64,000 nt of DNA. Source: an uncultured delta proteobacterium. Its GTDB lineage: Bacteria > Desulfobacterota > Desulfomonilia > UBA1062. This document shows positions 58,469-64,000 of this stretch, one piece after another. The position numbers were made by a program, and so were the translations under genes. The first letter of the stretch is position 1. The number at the start of each line of letters is the position of its first letter. The DNA is taken from the NCBI GenBank assembly GCA_963752595.1, contig CAVVYZ010000014.1, positions 64,001 through 128,000 on the forward strand, read 5' to 3'. Below the pieces are notes generated by a model. The model did not search any database, was not told where the DNA came from, and was given only the letters and a program-made list of their open reading frames with translations.

Positions 58469-60220
58469 TCAGACACTCTTCAGCAGGGCCCTCACCTTGG
58501 TGATATCGAATACCTCCCCTTCCCCGGTGTCCTCGCAGAAGGCCTCCACAAAAGGAATGCCCCCTTTACGGTAGATGTAGATCGGGCTGATTCTCTTCAT
58601 CTCTATCTCTCCATAGCCCTGCTTCGGATAGAAGATGACAATCGTCTCACCGTCATTGAGGGCCTTCTCGAATATTCCCTCTCCTTTCGAGCCATATGGA
58701 AGAGGAGACACCATCCCGAACGGGAAAATCCCTTCCTTTCGAGCTTCTTTCCACGGACATTTCTGCATGAGCTGGAAGGGGGCCAGCTTCCCCCAAGATG
58801 CGCCCTCTTCGGTTTCCCTCTCGGAATCCGCCCCGACGACAATCACATCCTTCTTGTCGAGCAATGCAATGATTTCTTCCTCGCAGTTTTCAGGTATTCG
58901 GTAAATACCGGGTAGAACCTCTTTCAGCCCCCGCGAAGCCTTGCAATCGGCTCCTGATAGGACAAGAAACGTTCCTCGGAGGATATGCGCCTCGGCACGC
59001 GCCAGCGCCCAGCCCTCGATTGTCTTGCGCATGTTGTCGGGAAGCTGGTGCCTTGAAATCCTTTCAAGGAAGCCTTTGATCTTGTGAATGTCCCACCCTT
59101 CTTTCAAGCCCCTGGATACCGATCTCTTGGTGACCCGATAGATACTGACGATATCGGTCTGGATCAGATCTGCGATCTCTCCCAGATTCAAAAGATCCAC
59201 GGGATCGAAATCGCCCGGAACAAGGATCTCCATGTTCGGCTGTATCACGACATCATCGCAGTAGCGGCGTAATTGGGCCTCAGCCCTGCCTGTCTTCAGC
59301 GACCTGTATGCCTGATCGGCAAAGCAGAGCCATGTGCCTTCTGTATCTTCCTTCAGGATTCCGAGATCCAGCCAGAGATCGATCAATGAGCCGGCAATCT
59401 CGCTGCCCCTGGGTTCTTCAGGATCCCTGCTGACAAGGAAAAGATGAAGCGACCTCAAGAGGTAATCACGCCGGATTGCCTTGTCCTCAACGGCGCCGAA
59501 AACCTTGTGCTCCAGACCAGGATAGGGCCTGCACGATTGGGTGAATCTCCAGAGGGGATACCGCGCGTCTCCCTCCACGGCAAAATCGGTGCTTGCCTGC
59601 TGGGAGACCTCCAGTACGCCCTTCTTCTCCTTGATGCAGCCCAGCTCGACTAGTTCCCAATATACCCTCTCGAGATCGAGCATGCCCCCGAGCCTTTCTT
59701 CGAGATATTCCCACCCCCGCTTGAATGGCTCCATTCCCGACCTGCAGCGTATCCGGGAGGTGTGAAGCGTATTCAGCAAGGATATGTGTCCCCATATGCT
59801 CACCTGTGGCGGTGCTGTCCAGCTCAGATCATCCACCCTGGTGACGAAGCGTTTGCGGCTCTCTTCCATGAGCGGATAGATCGATGGCAGAAGGATGATC
59901 GGATCTCTTCCGCTCAAGCCGCCCTGGAAAACGAGGCCTTTTCCTCCCAGGTAAACGAGATCCTGCCTCAATTCCCCGAGGTCCTGGCGGTAGAGTACAT
60001 TCAGCACATCCCACTGCACGCCCCCGCCGAGCTCATAGAGGTCCATGAGGAGTGAATGCTGCCTGCCGGGGAGACTCTTGAGGATGCTTTCCAGCCTCTG
60101 CTCATCACTCAATCCCTCTGCAAGTTTGTACGTGTCTGCGGATTTGCCGAGGATACGGGCTGAAAGGATTTCGACCATATAGCCCGGGATATGGGAGATG
60201 AGATCATAGGTTGATGTCAC
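58469..60220 (-). CDS. XPB-associated protein: Helicase_C_3 (XPB/Ssl2 N-terminal-like) domain + C-terminal WYL-like domain
   Basis: VVIQPNMEILVP..IYRVTKRSVSRGL..FLERISRHQLPDNM..IEGW; C-terminal RISPIYI..VEAFC..F. GTG start inferred at 60220, overlapping the helicase end. Confidence 0.7.
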   Translation of the reverse strand: MTSTYDLISHIPGYMVEILSARILGKSADTYKLAEGLSDEQRLESILKSLPGRQHSLLMDLYELGGGVQWDVLNVLYRQDLGELRQDLVYLGGKGLVFQGGLSGRDPIILLPSIYPLMEESRKRFVTRVDDLSWTAPPQVSIWGHISLLNTLHTSRIRCRSGMEPFKRGWEYLEERLGGMLDLERVYWELVELGCIKEKKGVLEVSQQASTDFAVEGDARYPLWRFTQSCRPYPGLEHKVFGAVEDKAIRRDYLLRSLHLFLVSRDPEEPRGSEIAGSLIDLWLDLGILKEDTEGTWLCFADQAYRSLKTGRAEAQLRRYCDDVVIQPNMEILVPGDFDPVDLLNLGEIADLIQTDIVSIYRVTKRSVSRGLKEGWDIHKIKGFLERISRHQLPDNMRKTIEGWALARAEAHILRGTFLVLSGADCKASRGLKEVLPGIYRIPENCEEEIIALLDKKDVIVVGADSERETEEGASWGKLAPFQLMQKCPWKEARKEGIFPFGMVSPLPYGSKGEGIFEKALNDGETIVIFYPKQGYGEIEMKRISPIYIYRKGGIPFVEAFCEDTGEGEVFDITKVRALLKSV

Positions 60221-61886
60221 TGCCGCTCCATTCCTCGATGGTATATTTGTATCCCTGCTCCGCAAGGAAAATCTGTCTTTTATGGGCAAAGTCCTCTTCC
60301 GAGGTCTGTCGACTCACCAGCGTATAAAATGTGGAGATCCTTTCCTTTGGCCTGAGGATCCTGCCGAGCCTCTGGGCCTCCTCCTGACGTGAACCGAAGG
60401 TCCCTGATACCTGGATTGCCACCGAGGCATCAGGGAGATCTATGGCAAAATTGGCGACTTTTGAGACGACGAGAACAGGGATCTCTCCCCTTCTGAACGA
60501 GCTGTAAAGGCTGTCGCGCTTCGAATTCGGGGTCGACCCGGTAATGAGAGGTGCCTGCAAGGTATCCGAAATCCGTTTCAGCTGGTTCACATACTGACCG
60601 ATTACGAGCACCGGCTCATTGACGTGCTTCTTGATGAGCTCCTTCATTGCCCTTTCTTTGTAGATATTCTCGGAAGCAATTCTGAACTGCATCCGGTCTC
60701 CTGCCAGGGCATACTCATGTTCTTTTTCCGGGGGCAGGGGCAAGCGTATCTCATAGCAGGACGCTTCAGCGATGAAACCTTTCTGCTCAAGCTCTTTCCA
60801 GGGCACGTCGAAACATTTGGGCCCCACGAGGGAAAAGGCATCCTCTTCGAGCCCGTCTTCTCGGATAAGCGTCGCGGTGAGCCCGAGCCTTCTCTTGGCC
60901 TGGATCTCCGTGGTAGCACGGAATACCGGCGCAGGAACCACGTGAACCTCGTCATAGATGAGCAAGCCCCAGTTCATGGCATTCATGAGCTTCATATGCT
61001 CGAAGGGACCGGTCTTATTTTTCCGGTAGGTAAGGATCTGGTAGGTGGTGACCGTGACGGGCCTGATCTCTTTTTTATTGCCGGTATATTCGCCGATATC
61101 CTCGCTCTTCAATGTCGTCTTGTCGAGCAGCTCCCGTATCCACTGGCGGACGGCGGATACATTAGTGCAGAGGATGAGTGTCTGGGTTTTAGCCTCGACC
61201 ATGGCATTGATGCCCACGATCGTCTTTCCGGCCCCGCAGGGGAGCACGACTATGGCCTGGCCTCCGCGGACGCTCCCGCCTGCCCAGAAGTTTCTGCCGG
61301 CTTCCTTCTGGTACTGGCGTAAAGAGAAAGGATGCCCGGCCATCGTCTTCTCCCTCAGCCCCAAATCGAGCCTGTCTCCCTGGTCGAAACCAACAAGGTC
61401 GTGCACCGGGAACCCTGCCTTGATGAGCATGTGCTTGAACCTTCCCCGCGTAGAATCGTCGATGGTAAAAACGGTCGGGGATTCAAGCTCGAAGACCATT
61501 TCTTTGATCCCCGGTTTCGAGATTATCTGGTCGAGAATCTCAGGTGACTTTGCTTCGATCCGGAGCGTTCTGTCACCATGCCTCGTCATGCGTAAGGCAT
61601 CCCAGCGGTCAAAGGAATCTTTAATCCTGAACAGCACACCTGCCGGAATCTCGTATCGAGAGTAAGCCTTCAACGTCCTGACAACATCGTCATAGACGAT
61701 GCCCAGAGCTGCGGCATTCCAGATGCTTAAAGGTGTGACCCGGTATGTATGGACATACTCGGGAGATTTTATCAGCTCGGAAAAGGGCATGATTGCATCC
61801 CGGGCTTTCTCATACTCAGGAGATTGAACCTCCAGGAGTACACTCCCGTCGCTCTGCACAATGATGGGTTTATCCTGTATCGACAT
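60204..61886 (-). CDS. XPB/Rad25 (ERCC3)-like SF2 DNA helicase
   Basis: IVQSDGSVLLE, LPCGAGKT, DEVH, TAT, RED motif (LIREDG), QRLGRILRPK. Confidence 0.93.
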   Translation of the reverse strand: MSIQDKPIIVQSDGSVLLEVQSPEYEKARDAIMPFSELIKSPEYVHTYRVTPLSIWNAAALGIVYDDVVRTLKAYSRYEIPAGVLFRIKDSFDRWDALRMTRHGDRTLRIEAKSPEILDQIISKPGIKEMVFELESPTVFTIDDSTRGRFKHMLIKAGFPVHDLVGFDQGDRLDLGLREKTMAGHPFSLRQYQKEAGRNFWAGGSVRGGQAIVVLPCGAGKTIVGINAMVEAKTQTLILCTNVSAVRQWIRELLDKTTLKSEDIGEYTGNKKEIRPVTVTTYQILTYRKNKTGPFEHMKLMNAMNWGLLIYDEVHVVPAPVFRATTEIQAKRRLGLTATLIREDGLEEDAFSLVGPKCFDVPWKELEQKGFIAEASCYEIRLPLPPEKEHEYALAGDRMQFRIASENIYKERAMKELIKKHVNEPVLVIGQYVNQLKRISDTLQAPLITGSTPNSKRDSLYSSFRRGEIPVLVVSKVANFAIDLPDASVAIQVSGTFGSRQEEAQRLGRILRPKERISTFYTLVSRQTSEEDFAHKRQIFLAEQGYKYTIEEWSGSDINL

Positions 61887-62015
61887 TTTGAATTATTTAG
61901 ATTCCCATAGTTAATATGAAAAGGCAAGAGGGCATTTCATAGGAAATTTTCTGTTGCCATTACGAAGCAAATGACAGAGAATAAATAGATATCACCTAGA
62001 TTTGGAGAACATAGT

Positions 62016-63230
62016 ATGAAGGCCTTTGAAGAGAATCCGGCTCATCTGAAAAGAGCAGATATCGTAATCGGTATCCCCTCTTACAACGAGGCATCCCTCA
62101 TATGCTTCCCCACCTCGCAGGCTGCACTCGGATTGAAGGAATATTTCAGCCATCTGGATTCGGTAATCATAAATTGTGATAATGCCAGCACTGACGGCAC
62201 GGGCAAGTCCTTTATGGATACGGATACCCTGGAGATACCCAAGATCTACCTATCGACCCCCAAAGGAGTGAAGGGCAAGGGGAATAACCTGAAGAACCTT
62301 TTCCGTAAGGTTATCGAGCTGAACGCCAAGGCCGTTGTCGTGCTGGATGCCGATCTGAAGAACGTAACACCCAGGTGGGTGAAAAATCTTGGAGAACCGA
62401 TCTTCAACGACTTCGCGTATGTTTCGCCGCTCTACACCCGGCACAAGTATGACGGGGCCATCACGAACAATATTGCCTATCCCCTGACCCGCAGCCTCTA
62501 CGGCCGGCGCGTACGGCAGCCGATCGGAGGAGATTTCGGGCTTTCCGGCACAATGGCAAGCGTATTCCTGAAGAACGAGCTGTGGGATGAAGAAGTAAGC
62601 CAGTACGGGATCGACATCTGGATGACAACGATTGCCATGAACGAGGGTGTTCCCATATGCCAGGCATTCATGAGCAAACCGAAAGTCAGCGAACTGAAGG
62701 ACCCTGCAACGGATCCCGGCCCCATGTTCAGGCAGATCGTGAGTACAATCTTCAATCTCATGAACGCATACCACAGCAAGTGGAAATCCACGAAATGGAG
62801 CAAGCCCACGGCCATTTTCGGATTCGGAACCGGTGAGGTGGAGATGCCGCCCCCGGTCACGGTAAACAAGGAAAAGCTGTATCAGCGATTCCGCGAAGGG
62901 TTCAATTTGCACTGGGAAACGTACCGAGCCATCTTCTCTTTCGAGAACCTCCAGAAGGTGCGGGAGGTGGCATCACTTCCTATGGACCATTTCGAGATGC
63001 CTGTTTCCGTATGGGCGAAAACGCTGTTCGACTTTGCACTCAGCTACCACAAGAAGGCCGTAGACCGTAATAAAATGATCGAGGTTCTCATTCCCCTGTT
63101 CTACGGAATGACCCTCTCCTATGTCAATAAGACTGAAGGGATGTCCGTGCTGCAGGCGGAAGAATTCATCGAAGATATGTGCTTGATCTTCGAACAGACA
63201 AAGCCATACCTCATAGACAGGTGGAAATAA
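62016..63230 (+). CDS. GT-A glycosyltransferase, glucosylglycerate/mannosylglycerate synthase-like
   Basis: IGIPSYNEA, GKGNN, DADL, RHKYDGAITN, RQPIGGDFG, YGIDIWMT. Confidence 0.8.
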   Translation: MKAFEENPAHLKRADIVIGIPSYNEASLICFPTSQAALGLKEYFSHLDSVIINCDNASTDGTGKSFMDTDTLEIPKIYLSTPKGVKGKGNNLKNLFRKVIELNAKAVVVLDADLKNVTPRWVKNLGEPIFNDFAYVSPLYTRHKYDGAITNNIAYPLTRSLYGRRVRQPIGGDFGLSGTMASVFLKNELWDEEVSQYGIDIWMTTIAMNEGVPICQAFMSKPKVSELKDPATDPGPMFRQIVSTIFNLMNAYHSKWKSTKWSKPTAIFGFGTGEVEMPPPVTVNKEKLYQRFREGFNLHWETYRAIFSFENLQKVREVASLPMDHFEMPVSVWAKTLFDFALSYHKKAVDRNKMIEVLIPLFYGMTLSYVNKTEGMSVLQAEEFIEDMCLIFEQTKPYLIDRWK

Positions 63231-63246
63231 GAGAAAGGAGTAGCCT

Positions 63247-63612
63247 ATGGCGAAGGTATTGATCGTTGATGATGAGAAGCATATCAGGCTGCTGTATTCA
63301 GAGGAACTGAAAGAAGAAGGCTATGACGTGGCTCTGGCAGCTGACGGGAACGACATTCTGGACCGCATTAATAAAGAGAGGCCCGATGTCGTTGTCCTTG
63401 ATATCAAAATGGTTTCATCCAACGGCCTCGATGTTCTCCAGGAGATCAGGAATAAATATTATAACCTCCCGGTTATTTTATGCAGCGCATACGGGAGTTA
63501 CAAGGTTGACGTCAAATCCATTGCCGCAGATGCCTATGTGGTAAAATCCTCAGATTTGACCGAACTGAAAAACAAGATAGCCCAGGTCCTTGAAGCCTCT
63601 GTCCCGGGATAA
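63247..63612 (+). CDS. Single-domain response regulator
   Basis: VDDE, LDIKM (phosphoacceptor Asp), SAY, VVKS. Confidence 0.92.
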   Translation: MAKVLIVDDEKHIRLLYSEELKEEGYDVALAADGNDILDRINKERPDVVVLDIKMVSSNGLDVLQEIRNKYYNLPVILCSAYGSYKVDVKSIAADAYVVKSSDLTELKNKIAQVLEASVPG

Positions 63613-63622
63613 GAGGAAGAAA

Positions 63623-64000
63623 TTGCACATCAGGGCCGATCTTCACATTCATACGAGGGCATCCGACGGAGATTTAAGCCCTGACCAGATCCTATCGCTC
63701 GCACAGTATTCGGGCCTCGAAACCATAGCTATTACCGATCATGATACCCTCTCCGGCGCAAGAGATGCCTTGAACTCTGCACAGAAGAATACCCTGCAGG
63801 TGATTGCAGGCGTGGAACTCAGCATTGCGTACGATCCAGGCACCTTGCACATCCTCGGGTATTTCCCCTCTTTCCCGTTTGAGTTCGACCCTCTTCTCAA
63901 ACGCCTGCAGACAGCCAGAGAAGTGCGGCTTCCCAAGATTATCGGCAAACTGAACGACCTGGGCATCGAGATTACCGCCTCGGAGGTAACCGAAATAGCA
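63623..64000 (+). CDS. PHP-domain phosphoesterase (YciV/TrpH-like), runs off the right edge of the window
   Basis: Manual translation from TTG: ADLHIHTRASDG..AITDHDT..GVELS..HILGY; absent from the ORF track. Confidence 0.88.
   Translation, partial: MHIRADLHIHTRASDGDLSPDQILSLAQYSGLETIAITDHDTLSGARDALNSAQKNTLQVIAGVELSIAYDPGTLHILGYFPSFPFEFDPLLKRLQTAREVRLPKIIGKLNDLGIEITASEVTEIA

Overview
Core-genome window from an anaerobic, Gram-negative deltaproteobacterium (Desulfobacterota-like; inferred from gene content and synteny). Left to right it carries: a PflX-type radical SAM gene, an acyl-CoA ligase and a Cys-rich-NUDIX-eIF2B fusion; PBP1B; a sigma54-type DGC-PilZ pair; a four-subunit 2-oxoacid:ferredoxin oxidoreductase; a porin; the rpsU-yqeY-mutS2-dnaG-rpoD operon; an accessory stretch at about 23.4-27.8 kb ending at tRNA-Leu(TAG); glgP; tol-pal; a dcw cluster followed by alr; a secreted PKD-repeat protein; a BepA-like protease; an XPB helicase with a p52/WYL-like partner; a glycosyltransferase, a response regulator and a PHP protein. 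The most unusual part is the tRNA-Leu region. It holds a 1.5-kb toxin-antitoxin mini-islet bounded by 380-bp direct repeats, each containing the tRNA 3' half and the same internally deleted tyrosine integrase. Beside it is a radical SAM plus FabH-like pair whose KAS III lacks the His/Asn catalytic residues. Several conserved genes (tolQ, rsmH, murF twice) carry +1 frameshifts, most likely assembly indels. No rRNA or CRISPR array was seen. All calls come from motif reading only; no database search was run.
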